Shown here one piece after another: positions 41,578 to 53,869 of a stretch of 64,000 nucleotides of DNA. The notes below the pieces were generated by a model, which worked only from the letters and a program-made list of their open reading frames with translations, did not search any database and was not told where the DNA came from. Every line of letters starts with the position of its first letter. Position 1 is the first letter of the stretch. Source of the DNA: Eledone cirrhosa (lineage: Eukaryota); contig OZ024741.1 of NCBI GenBank assembly GCA_964016885.1, forward strand, positions 331,266,001 through 331,330,000, read 5' to 3'. The translations under genes and the position numbers were made by a program.

Positions 41578-42105
41578 ATCATCATCATCATCATCCTCGT
41601 TTAACGTCCGTATTCCACGCTTGCATGGGTTTGGACGGGAGTTTTCCCACTTGAGGCAAGAGTGGTTGTCTTGCTCGCATAGGACTGTCTGGCGGGTTTT
41701 CTACGGCTAGATGCCCTTCCTAACACCAACCACGTTTACAGTGTGGACTGGGAGGTTTTTACCGTGTTACCTACACGGCCACATTACAGCGTGGACTGTG
41801 TGTTTTTTTGTCGTGACACCTACACGACCTCATTTGTTTCGGCCTGGATGTTGTGGTACCAACATAACTTTACATTGAAAGGGGCGGTGTGGATAGGGTG
41901 GGGGTAGTGGGACGGGGGTGTATTTTGTTAGAGGTGCCTACTGACTGTAGTAGGTTTTACTTTGTATTTAGGTAAGGCAGGTCTTCTCTATTACTGAGTA
42001 CCGCCAAAGATCTCGGTCCTGTGACATTGTCTTGGAGAGGTGTAAGTGTGTGAGGTCAGAATTTATCAAGTCGTCCCAGGTTTTTCTGGGTCTGCCTACT
42101 CCGTG
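41578..42105 (-). mobile_element. RTE LINE 3' fragment
   Basis: Near-identical to 17139-17660. Confidence 0.9.
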
Positions 42106-42106
42106 G

Positions 42107-42185
<79 letters not shown>

Positions 42186-42307
42186 ATCATCATTTTTCAT
42201 CATTTCATTTTACGTCCTCTTTTTCCCTGCTTGCAAGGGTGGGACGGGAACTGTGTGTGTGTATATATCTATATCTATATATCTATCTATCTATCTATCT
42301 ATATATA

Positions 42308-42493
42308 TAACAAAGAACAAAGAGGGTCTGGTAAGGTACCAGGTGGACCATAATGCACCAGAGTACCTGATACTTGGGGTAGTAGAGTGAGTAATAAGAA
42401 AAGATTCAGGACTCCGATGGTTGAGCTCCTGTCATTTCGACAGCTAGATCCAAACTGTTTGGAGCTCAGCCATCAGGGTCCTGAATGTTTTCA
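42308..42493. mobile_element. Fold-back element, diverged member of the 14665/47764 family
   Basis: Shared tail ggtaagg.acca..tggaccataa.gcacca.agtac and hairpin. Confidence 0.65.
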
Positions 42494-43755
42494 TATATAT
42501 ATATATATAAATTCAAGCTAAAGACCAAAGATAATACTTCAAATCATTTTATTAATTTCTACGCTTGTAATTAGGTAGCATTAAAATATCCCTAGAAATA
42601 AATATAAAACCTGGAGAATGCATGTCCCACCCAAAATTACCAAGCCATGGATTATAGATATTAAAAAGTCTTTTTAAAAAAAAAAACCACATATGCAAGA
42701 CAAATGATTAGATGGCCAAAGCAAAACATGTAATTAGATTAAAGTCCTAAAAGGTCTAATGTAAGGCATAAATCCTCCAAGATATAGTATAGTTTATATA
42801 TATAAATACAAATATATTTTTTTACTTACTAAATGCTTTTTCATTTTGTGTTCAAAACTTAAAAAAAAAACATTACGTTATTATGACAACATTACTTTTG
42901 GCAGACTTGATTATTTAAAGCAGTCACATATTAAAACAGTAGTATTTGAAAAGATATCCAAATCTAGAATATCAGATTCAAATGAAATGTGAGCCAAAAA
43001 TATGCACACATACTATAAGTTCGATGGTGACCTACGCTATAAGAGTATACTGGATTAGATACGGGTTACTATATGATATCTATGAATTTAAATGTAAAAA
43101 ACTCCTGTGTAGACTTATGTAAAGTTATAGACAAAATTTGAGTGGACTTAATTTTAATATTAATGTTATATGACTCAAATGTCTAACATAAAAAGAAATA
43201 TGTTGCTTATTAATGAAATAAGCAGAAGAGAGTGATAATGTAAAGTTTGTGACAATTTAAAATTTATATTAAATTGTTTATTAAAAAGGGTCACATTTAT
43301 ACTAGAAAAAAGAATAGGAATTTCTGTGTGAGCAGGTTAAAACTATTTCAGAATTCCTATTCAATAACTCTAGATTAGATAGGTTATTAAAAGGCATTCG
43401 GTTAAACACAAATTGCATTTTGGGCTACCAGGCTTGTAAAATTTTGCAGTTTTCAAAGGAGACCAGGATAGAGAGTAAGAAATGTTTGCAATTTTCAAAT
43501 CCCATTGGTAAGTGGTGTGTGAGGTAGAATTCCTCAATTTTACATTCTTAAGAGAGTGTAGGTGGGAGTAGTACCATGATTTAAAGTTATTTGATGTTGC
43601 ACAGATGTATGCTTTAGTATCATTAAAAGATAAAATGAGAGATGGTAAAAGTAGGAAGAAACAGAAAAAAAAACTTTTTATGGAAGGAAAGTATGTTTAG
43701 ACAGCCATTTCTGGGAAATGTATGTATATATATATATGTGTGTGTGTATATATAT

Positions 43756-43953
43756 ACGAGAATGGGCTGAAAAGTTCATAGGCTTATTATGAAGGAGTGA
43801 AGCTATAGCTGTGAAATCTTGCATGCATTAATTTCAACTCTTCTTATTAATAACAGCATTGTTTCTTTCCAGGACTATGTTTAAAAATAAATCTCATTTA
43901 GTTATTCCATGAGAGTATCTTGGTCAGCTAATGAACTTTTCAACCAGCCCTTA
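43756..43953. mobile_element. Mariner-like MITE
   Basis: Same family as 6275-6476. Confidence 0.75.
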
Positions 43954-44400
43954 TATATGTGTGTATAAACCTACATGCATATGTGTGTCAGTGATTATGT
44001 CCAAGTGGTTCGACAAAAAAAAAAAGGGATTACTAAACTATGTAGCAGATTTGAAAATATGTATAAGTAGTGTGGGGGTTGATATGATATACTAAATTAA
44101 GACATTTCTCTAGCATGACAGCAGTCTAATGACTGAAATTAGTAAAAGTACATAAGAATGAGAGATGACAGTGGTGCTGTGTCCTAGTTCAGAGATTGGG
44201 AGAGAGGGGTGAAGAGGAGGAAGAAGGCAGTGATGGGAGGTGGGGTGTTAAATAATGATAATAAATTAAGAATGTATTAAGTAGTACTATGATACAATAT
44301 TGACACCACTACCACCATCACCACAACCACCAACACCACTACCTCCACATCTCTCTTCATGCTCCCCCCACGAGTATAATAATTATTAAAATGGTTATTA

Positions 44401-44780
44401 AAGGCGGTGGATTGGCAGTATCGGTAGATAGAGGGTCGGACGCCATGCTTTGACGCAAAGAGTTACGGCCCTTTCCATTCTGAGTTCAAATCCCGCCGAG
44501 GTTAACCTTGCCTTTCATCCTTACGGGGTCGATAAAATAAAGTACCAGTAATACACTGGGTAATTGCTGGCCTTGTGCCAAAAGTAGAAACAATTATAAT
44601 AATTATTATCATTATCATTACCACTACCATGAGTTCAAATTCCACTCAGGTTGGCTTTGCCTTTCATCCCCACAGGGTCGATAAAATAAAGTACCAATAA
44701 TGCATTGGGGTTGATTTAATTGACTTTCCTCTCACCCCAAATTATTGGCCTTGTGCCTAAATCAGAAACCATTATTATTA
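44401..44780 (+). mobile_element. SINE family B, full copy plus a partial copy
   Basis: Consensus match with (att)n tails. Confidence 0.8.
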
Positions 44781-44977
44781 TTACCACTACCATCATAATC
44801 ACTCCTACCATCATCATCATTATCATCATCATAATAGTTATAGCTATAGTTAAACACTAATATTACCAATGTCAAGTATCACTACCCCCCCCCTTGTTAT
44901 TCAAGTTAAGTGGTAGTTAGCCCTTTTGGAGCTCCCTTCCTGTTCAAATCTACCCAAATGAAAGCACTGGCAACAAT

Positions 44978-45184
44978 TTAATCCTTTACATATCAACTTT
45001 TGCAAAAACTTTCTTTGTTTTCTAAAACAGTCTCATATAATATCGAATCTATGAGATTTTGATGTTATTTATGTTGAGAACAATACCTAAACATCAGTAT
45101 GAGCAGCCAGTTACAGCCAGTTTGAACAGAAAGAGGTGAGAGAATTCTGGCTGGATATGGCTGGTTTAAATGCTAAAGGGTTAA
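44978..45184. mobile_element. piggyBac-like MITE
   Basis: Ends in aatgctaaaggg-TTAA; inverted homologue of 30415-30643. Confidence 0.55.
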
Positions 45185-45479
45185 AGGGTCCTATTTATAT
45201 TAAAATCTAACATAATTTTATAAAAGAACTATGTTAATTTACAATCTTAGTAAGGAAATAATTAATCATTTTAGTAAATCCCTCAAAACTAGTAATTAAT
45301 TAATTAATTGAAATTGTATACATGTATTTGATAAAGAAGTGGACTTGCAACAGTTTAACCCATTTGGTATGAACCTGTCTCAAATTATATAAAACAAACC
45401 TACTCATTTTAAATCAAAATCGTACAACAACAACAACAACAATGCCGCCACTGCCACCACCAACACCCAAGTATAGGCC

Positions 45480-45737
45480 CTGAGTAAGATGGTGGGATAA
45501 CATCCATGAGCTTGGCTGGTTTTGTTTGGGGGTCCAGCCAGATCAATTGGAGACAGTTGCTTCTGATAGGACCCACTGGAAGGAGTGTTTGAGGATTCTG
45601 CCTCCTATGACCCTTCTAGGAATATGTGGGTGGAAGAAGAAGAAGAAGGAGGAGGAGGAGGAGAATGAGGAGAAGAAGGAGGAGAAGAAGAAGAAGAAGA
45701 AGAAGAAGAAGAAGAAGAAGAAGAAGAAGAAGAAGAA
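45480..45737 (+). mobile_element. Probable LINE 3' end followed by a (GAA)n tail
   Basis: LETVASDRTHWKECL resembles the RTE-like C-terminal A.DR..W motif. Confidence 0.45.
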
Positions 45738-46220
45738 TTAATTGAACTAGAATACATTTCAATAGAAATACGGTCATGTTTCGGTTAAGCGGAACATTAA
45801 TGATATCAATTTCCTAAGTTTTAGAAAGCCTGAGAAAGCCATGGGTACTGACTCTTCCACCAGACCTACAATACAAACAAAACAAACAAACAAAAAAACA
45901 ATAAAAAAAGAAAAAAAAAAAAGAAGGGAGTTCCAAGAATGTGCTTCAAATGTTGATGCATCAAACTATTCAAGAATTAGTGTTTGATATATTATAATAT
46001 TCTGATATTCTTGTGCACTTTTATAAGAAGTGAGCAATCCAGAAACAATTTTTTTCAAATAATTACCCCAGTTAGAAAATTGCTTGTTATTTTAACCAGA
46101 TCATGATTGTTTAAAAATTACAACAACATCCCCATATATGTGACTTTCTTCTTGTGAATAAGACACTCACACAGACATTTAGTTTGTTATTTATTTATTT
46201 GTTTTTGGGTTGTATTTATC

Positions 46221-46497
46221 TGCTAAGTGACTTGATCTAACACTATATGTGGAAACTGCCTGCTAAGTGAATTTATCTAAGACTATATGTTGAAACTGTC
46301 AGCTAAGTGACTTGATCTAAGACTATACATTGAAACTGTCTGGTAAGTGACTTGATCTAAGACTATACATTGAAACTGTCTGGTAAGTGACTTAATCTAA
46401 GACTATACATTGAAACTGTCTGGTAAGTGATGTAATCTAAGACTGTATGTTGAAAGTTTCAGCTAAGTGACTTGATCTAAGATTATATGTTGAAACT
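46221..46497. repeat. 40-bp minisatellite, ~7 copies
   Basis: Unit tgctaagtgacttgatctaagactatatgttgaaactgtc. Confidence 0.9.
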
Positions 46498-47732
46498 AAA
46501 GCAATTACATAACGGAGGAGGCATCTTAACCTTTCAAAAACACACAAAAGCTGTTAACTTTACTTAACATTTATCATACATTTCTTAGTGTCAAAATGTT
46601 CATCACCCTACTTGTGACCAGGCCACTGACAAAATGCTTTGTGGCATATAGTAACATCTCTTTATGTTCTGAGTTCAAATACTGCCAAGGTTAGCTTTGC
46701 CTTTCTTTCATCCTTACAGAGTCAATAAAAGAAAGTAACAGTAATGCACTAGGGATGGTTTAATCAAATTTCCCCTCCCACCAAACTGTTGGCATTGTGC
46801 TTAAATCAGAAACCATTATTTTATGAATATGTTAAAAAATCTACTTAAATATGGTTTAAAGTGCCTAGCCAGTATTGGTGCGATATGAGGTATAATTCCT
46901 CATAGCGGCTGATGGCAACTTCTTTAAGGTTCTTCATCCTATTTTATAGCATCTCCATGTATGAGCACATCATTCTTTATACTTTTATCTCCTCAGTGCT
47001 TTGTAAAAACTGAAAGATTGTCTATGTATACACGATGTTTGTTTGTTCACATACGGATGTCTGTTGACTTCTGAAAGCTGTGATTAAGCAATCTATCTAA
47101 TTTAAGACAGTAAGAATTGTCATGATCTCTTGGTTCAATGGTTTAAAGTATCAATGGTTGATGCTCTGGACAAACGTCCATTGAGCTTTTCTATTGAGAA
47201 ACATGATCATCATATGTATTATATATGTTATGATACCTTAACTTAGTATATATCTGCTCTAAATTCTAAATTTGTTGAGCTGCTTATCCTGTGATTAGTG
47301 CTTCACACCTCTTTCTAGCGGATACGACATCCAGTCCTATTTGTATTTGCCAGGATAGTTAAAACGTTCTTCACACCATGCAGCTAATAGTTTTGGCTGA
47401 CTCTTGGATTCTGACAGATGTAAAAGTGTTTTGTACTTTACTAGAACATATCCAAAGACAAATCCTCTGATGATTAGTTTCACATCTTCTGTATCTTTAT
47501 TAAAATCAATAGTTGGTAATTGATAATCGATTACTTAGATCAATTTTTGCTTTGGTTTACAAACTATAAAACGGTACTGTGAAGTAAATAAGAACTTTTC
47601 TACATTAAAGTATGTACTTTTTCTTAAATATTATATGCTTTAGATATATGTACAAAATACTATGTTTCTCTAACGATGATATATGGCTATTTCTCACTCT
47701 CTATATATATACATATATTTTTACCCCCCCCC

Positions 47733-47763
<31 letters not shown>

Positions 47764-47765
<2 letters not shown>

Positions 47766-47981
47766 ATGAAGGAAATGTGGTAAGGAACCAGATGGACCAT
47801 AACGCACCAAAGTACTCAATATTTAGGGTAGTAGAGTGGGTAATAGGAACGAGTAGGACCCCGACGGCTGAGCTCAAGCCATTTCGAAGGCTAATTCTGG
47901 ACTAAATGAAAAATATTTTTCATTTAGTCCAGAATTAGCTGTCGAAACAGCTTGAGCTCAGCCGTCGGGGTCCTACTCGTT

Positions 47982-47986
<5 letters not shown>
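47764..47986. mobile_element. Fold-back element (hairpin 47843-47986) with unique tail
   Basis: Homologue of 14665-14861; carries GAAAcagct[tgagctc]agccGTC-ggggtcc. Confidence 0.7.
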
Positions 47987-48020
<34 letters not shown>

Positions 48021-48089
48021 TATGAAGAGAGAAGAAACATTTAGATATAATTAGTAATAAAATGTATCATACCTAAACTGCTCCTAAAT

Positions 48090-48179
48090 TCCTCGACTAC
48101 GTAGTTTCGTGGCATAAACAAAAACAATATATCATAAAGATATAGAGTCCCTGCGAGGTCTGCCGACTTATCAAGAGGA
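48090..48179 (-). ncRNA. Type I hammerhead, U3-A8 variant (mirror copy)
   Basis: Reverse complement of 48352-48441. Confidence 0.7.
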
Positions 48180-48351
48180 TACCTCATTTTACTAGTCTCA
48201 AGAACGCGTCTACACGACGTGAGAAAGAATCCCAAAAGGCGGAGGGGGAGATAGTCACGCGATATAACGGTCGAGAAACAGAGCTAAGCCTCCTTTTGGG
48301 ATTCTTTCTCACGTCGTGTAGACGCGTTCTTGAGACTAGTAAAATGAGGTA

Positions 48352-48441
48352 TCCTCTTGATAAGTCGGCAGACCTCGCAGGGACTCTATATCTTTATGAT
48401 ATATTGTTTTTGTTTATGCCACGAAACTACGTAGTCGAGGA
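48352..48441 (+). ncRNA. Type I hammerhead with compensatory U3-A8 core
   Basis: tcctc-TTGATAA-gt(c)ggca...tgccac-GAAA-ctacgta-GTC-gagga; palindromic stem III ACTACGTAGT. Confidence 0.7.
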
Positions 48442-49483
48442 ATTTAGGAGCAGTTTAGGTATGATACATTTTATTACTAATTATATCTAAATGTTTCTTC
48501 TCTCTTCATAATGTATTTTTAACTCTGATACTGGTTCAGTCTGGTTCAACTGAATTGGTCTATCCCGGTCATTCATTGAGCAACATCGGTGAAGTTGGCA
48601 CCCTTAACTCACAGTTGGGTGCGGATGCATTCATGTATATATGTGTGTGTCCGCATGTATCTGTGTGTTTCTAAATATATTATATATATATATATATAAA
48701 CTTAAGAAAATTAACAAAGAGAGAAGACAATGAATGGAAACAAAGCAAAATAAAAAACAATCTTTTAAGGGGAAACGTTTGAAAAATATTTTTTTAAAGT
48801 AAAAATACAAAGGACACAGAACAACGAGTCATTGGCCATTGAGGTGGACTTAGACAGTTTCGACTACTGCCAACATATATATATGTATATATGCATGCAT
48901 ATATGTACATGTGTGTATTGCTTTGTGTGTGTGTGTGTGTGAAATAGCTATGATTTGATATTTGAGGTTATTAAGTGAAAATGTTGCCTATTTGCTTCTT
49001 TCTTCTTGTGACTAAGACACTCACACAGACATATAGACACATATACATTGACACACACAGAGACCTACAGACACACACATACATACACAGACATACACAG
49101 ACATACACAGACACAGACACAAACACAGACACACACATGCACAAATACAGACACACGCACAGACATATACACACAGACACACACACAGAGTGGATAATTT
49201 GTTATGAGTAATGGCAGTAGCAGTGTGTATTAAATGTGAAGCATACATAATTGTCTTCTATGGTAGTTTAGTGGGAATGTCAGGCAGGGAACATATTACT
49301 GCTTGTTATGACAAGTGAGGCTGAGGTGGGGGTTGTTTAAATATCTCCACTAAATTATTTACACTCCAGCCAGAGATGGACTGCAGGTGGCTGATGTCTG
49401 TCTGTCTGTCTGTCTTTTTGCCTAACTATTTATCTATCCATTCATCTACCCATATATTTATCTATCCATATATCTATCTATCT

Positions 49484-50010
49484 ATGTCATGATCAAACCG
49501 CCACCCTCCTTCAAAAACGAAGGAGAGGCGGTTTTCCTTTGTGTGATAGCTATGGCGAAAGAGGTTGTACGGTGGACAAGGTTGAAAGAGCTGAGGTCAG
49601 ACACCTTTCTCTCCGGCCAACAACTGATTCTTTTTTTCAAATACCACTTTGGAAGAAGAATCAGGATGGAGAGAGAGGTGCTGTACCCCAGCAAGTTTTA
49701 TGAAAGGTGGGCGAATGTGGCAAAGATTGCCCGAGTGAATGGGCCTTCTCTCTATATCAGCCTGTAGGTTGAGGAAAAGGAGGAGGAGAGGAAAGGAGTA
49801 CAAACTCTTCGTACTCCTGGAGATGAGGGTTGCACATTTTTTCGGGGGTATGTGTTACCCATATGAACTGTCTCCCCCTATTGGGAAAAATCGACTAATT
49901 TTTTAAATTGAATTTGTGATAATATTTTACACGTTTTTATTGTATGTAAACTTCCCCCTTTGTATTTGTCCCCTTCTTTTGTGCCCCTGTGGCTAATAAA
50001 GAAACATATC
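49484..50010 (+). mobile_element. Tx1-like LINE 3' fragment
   Basis: MIKPPPSFKNEGEAVFLC...; flanked by (atct)n. Confidence 0.85.
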
Positions 50011-50149
50011 TATCTATCTACATATCTATCTGTCTGTCTGTCTGTCAGCCTGTCCATCTATCTATCTGTCTGTCTAGCTATTGCTTCAACCATCCATCCA
50101 TGTATCTATCTACATATCTATCTATCTGTGCGACACCTCCACGTATTCC

Positions 50150-51212
50150 TCACCGGACAACCAGTGTGGGCCCCGTTCTTAAGTTGAGCCTTCCCACGAC
50201 TCGTCTCGCTGACTGAGCTGCAGTCCTGGGTCAAGCAAAGACCGAGGAAAATGGGCGACTGGCACATCGAATGTGCTCAGGCGCTCACAGTCCTCTGGCA
50301 AACGGACTCGGTGATCAGTGGAGACACCACTTCGACATTCTATAGAGGGTTGGTCCACAGCAAGTGCGACGACACGCTCGGAGAAACTCTAGGCTTAGAG
50401 GAGGATGAACTGGCCAGTCTGTTCGGTAGGACCTTCTGCCTGGGACCAATGGACAACTTCCAAAAGTCCTTGGCCTGGCAGTGCTACCGAGGAGCTCTAC
50501 CAGTTCGAGACAAGCTCTACAGACACGGGCGCCCGTCCAGGGACCCTTCGAAAAAGATCTGTTCAAGATGCGTGCGCGATGAGGAAACCGTCGCGCACGC
50601 ATTTGTACACTGCCCGGGCGTTACCGACCTGTGGGGCTATGTAGAACGACTATTGTCGCGGGTGGGACCAATCCAGTTGACCACCGAGTCCATTGTCATG
50701 ATCAAACCGCCACCTTCCTTCAAAAACGAGGGAGAGGCGGTTTTCCTATGTGTTATGGCTATGGTGAAAGAGGTTATATGGTGGACGAGGTTAAAAGGGC
50801 TGAGGTCAGACACCTTTCTCTCTGGCGAGCAACTGATTCGTTTTTTCAAATATCATTTTGGAAGAAGAATCAGGATGGAGAGAGAGGTGCTGTACCCCAG
50901 CAAATTTTATAAAAGGTGGGTGAATGTGACAAAGATGGCCCGAGTGGTTGGGCATTCTCTCTATATCAGCCTGCAGGTTGAGGAAAAAGAGGAAGAGAGG
51001 AAGGGAGTACTCACTCTTGGTGCTCCTGGAGATGAGGGTTGTACATTTTTTCGGGGTGTGTACAACCCCTGTGTAACGCCTCCCCCCTATTGGGAATTTC
51101 AATTGTTATTTGTTATTTTATTAATAGTTTTATTTTCATATACCTGTATGTAAACTCCCCATTTGTATTTGTCCCCTTCTTTTGTGCCCTTGTGGCTAAT
51201 AAAGAAATTTAT
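50150..51212 (+). mobile_element. Tx1-like LINE 3' fragment with a 300-aa open ORF2 C-terminus
   Basis: AWQCYRGALPVRDKL...CSRCVRDEETVAHAFVHC zinc knuckle; ends at gtggctaataaagaaattt(atct). Confidence 0.88.
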
Positions 51213-51779
51213 CTAGCTGTCTGTCACCTATCTATTGCTTCAACCATCCATGTAGCCGTCTGCCTGAGTGTCTGTCTCTCTGTCTAACTGTCTATCTATC
51301 TAACTATTAATCGATTGATTGTCTATCTGTCTATCTTAACTGACACAGACACTGCTGTAGGGTTAAGTAGTTTATTTCCCAACCGCATCGTTCTGGGTTC
51401 AATTCCACTGTGCAGCACCTTGGTAGTGAATTTGGTAAACAGAAACTGTAGAAGCTTCTCATACACACACACACATATATGTGTTTATATGTATGTGTAT
51501 ATATATCTGGAGAGGGGATGAGCTCCACCAGGTTTAAAATGCCTAAGAAACACACAATGTCACTACAGTGTCCCTATGACTTCACCAGGAGTTACGACTC
51601 CATACATATTGATCATATGGTTTATTTATTGTAGGAAATGCTTTAACAGCTGGATTGTCTTCCTACTACTGTTAATCACTCAACCATAGAGTTCAAGTGA
51701 AGCCCGTTTCACTTCAGTAACTCTGACTCTAATAAACAGATTAGCTTTCTTTTCTTAACTATCACTTATAGACTAAAGT

Positions 51780-52165
51780 CTATCTCAAGCCTGGAGGATT
51801 ATCAGGATGGTGTTTATACTGGTTTCTGGACTACCCACTGGACAGGACACCAGTCCATTGCAGGGTTAACTCCCCCACCATATTGAGAGTACAAAACTTC
51901 CCCCTGGACAGGACACCAATCCATCGCAGGGTTAAACCCCCAGCTATTGAGAGTACAAGACTCCCCGCCTGGACAGGACACTAGTCCATTGCAGGGTTAA
52001 ACCTCCCAGCTATTGTTGGAGGTATTCATTTCCAGCTGAGTATACTGGAGAAATGTGAAATGTAGTATTTTGCTGAAGAATACAACACACAACCCAGTCA
52101 AGGAATCAAACCCATGCCATTTTGATTGCAAGTCTAACACCCTTACTACTAGGCCTTTGCCTCCA
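51780..52165 (-). mobile_element. Diverged tRNA-derived SINE with a triplicated internal ~66-bp segment
   Basis: tRNA-like head on the minus strand at ~52080-52165; three copies of ctggacaggacaccagtccattgcagggttaa. Confidence 0.55.
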
Positions 52166-52639
52166 CATATTGATAACAGTGATTGACTATTATTATGGTC
52201 AATTTCATCAGGATGACTACATATAAAATTTTGAATTTTCCCAATGCTTCTTAAGTCAACCGATTAGGGGTGGAATTGGAGGTGCAGAAGGAGAGAGAGT
52301 AGCCACTGAGGACTTTAAATGGAGGAATGTAGTGATGGTGAGAATAGCTAAAGGTGTCATAGTTGTAGGGGGGGGGGGGGTTGGATGAAGTGTGTGTGGA
52401 TGGAGGCAGTGTACAGTGATGGTGAGGATGGCTACTCGGGAGTGCTCCAATAGTGAGGATAGAGGGAAGGAGAGAGGATTGCACCAGCACTGAGTAGATA
52501 CTTTCTTTATTGACCTCAAAAGAATGAAAGGCAATGTGGCCCGTGCCAGGATTTGAACCCAGAACATAGAAGCCCTGAACAAATATCTAATGGTCTACTA
52601 ACATGTCTGCCATATATTATATGAACTTTGGCCCTATCA

Positions 52640-53372
52640 GTGGAGGGTCAGACGCCATGCTTTGCAGCATAGAGTTACGCCCCTTTACGATCTGAGTTCA
52701 AATCCCGCCGAGGTTAATTTTGCTTTTCATCCCTACGGGGTCGATAAAATAAAGCACCAGTAATGCACTGGGATAATTGCTGGCCTTGTGCCAAAAGTAG
52801 AAATAATTATATGAACTACATTATAAATACTTGGCTCTATGCACAATGTCACCTCTGGGACTGCTGACCAGGAGGAACCTAGTCTAATTGAGCAAGAGCA
52901 ATAGATGATGAGATGAGATGACAGGGCAGTGGGTTGGCAGAATCGGTAGAGTGTTGGACAACATACTAAGTGGCACTGAGTTACGGCTCTTTACATCTGA
53001 GTTCAAATCTCGCCAAGGTTAGCTTTGCCTTTCATCCTTGGGTTTAATAAAATAAAGTACTAGTAATGCACTGGGGTAGATTTAATGGTTTTCCCCTCCC
53101 CCAAAATTACTAGCCTTGTGCCTATAGTAGAAATTATTATTTATACACCAAAGCGGGTGACTGGCAGTAATTGGTAGAGTGTCAGACAACATGCTTTGTG
53201 GCATAGAGTTACAGATCTTTACATTCTGAGTTCAAATCCTGTCGAGGTTAAATTTCCCCTTCATCCTTACAGGGTTCATAGAATAAAGTACCAGTAATGC
53301 ACTGGGGTTGATTTAATTGACTTTCCCCTCCCCTAAAATTGTTGACCTAGTGCCTAAATTCGAAACCATTAT
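52640..53372 (+). mobile_element. Three SINE family B copies
   Basis: Copies at ~52640-52810, 52925-53140 and 53153-53372. Confidence 0.75.
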
Positions 53373-53444
53373 CTATATACAAAAGCAACAACAAAAGTCA
53401 GAGATTTCAACTGCTGGGAAGGCCTTGACGCTTTGGGTACACCG

Positions 53445-53869
53445 TTCATAGGCTGACTATGAAGGAGTGATGCTAAAGCTGTGAAATCTTGCATACATTA
53501 ATTTCAACTTTTCTTATTAATAACTACATTGTTTCTTTCCAGGGACTATGTTGAAAAATAAACCTCATTTGGTCATTCCATGAGAGTATCTTGGTCAGCA
53601 TATGAACTCTTCAGCTGACCCTTGTATACACTTTGGGTATGTTGATAGGAACATTGGCATTATATACATATGAGGGTGGGTTGAAAAGTTCATAAGCTGA
53701 CTAAGATACTCTCATGGAATGACCAAATGAGGGTTATTTTTCAACATAGTCCTTGGAAAGAAACAATGCAGTTATTAATAAGAAGAGTTGAAATTAATGT
53801 ATGCAAGATTTCACAGCATTAGCATCACTCCTTCATAGTCAGCCTATGAATGTTTCAGCCAACCCTTGC
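53445..53869. mobile_element. Two mariner-like MITEs in opposite orientation
   Basis: 53445-53626 and 53670-53869 match the MITE family. Confidence 0.75.

Larger units (their letters stand above)
48015..48640. mobile_element. Fold-back element with ~225-bp essentially perfect arms (48015-48239 / 48292-48516) plus tail
   Basis: The same 64-aa ORF is called on both strands because the arms are reverse complements. Confidence 0.85.

Noticed and set aside
47460-47580. CTGATGA with a possible long stem II
   Set aside because: GAAA and stem I not found; could be chance or heavily decayed.
48041-48490. Duplicated 64-aa protein gene
   Set aside because: Identical ORFs arise from the inverted repeat; no ATG start or recognisable domain.
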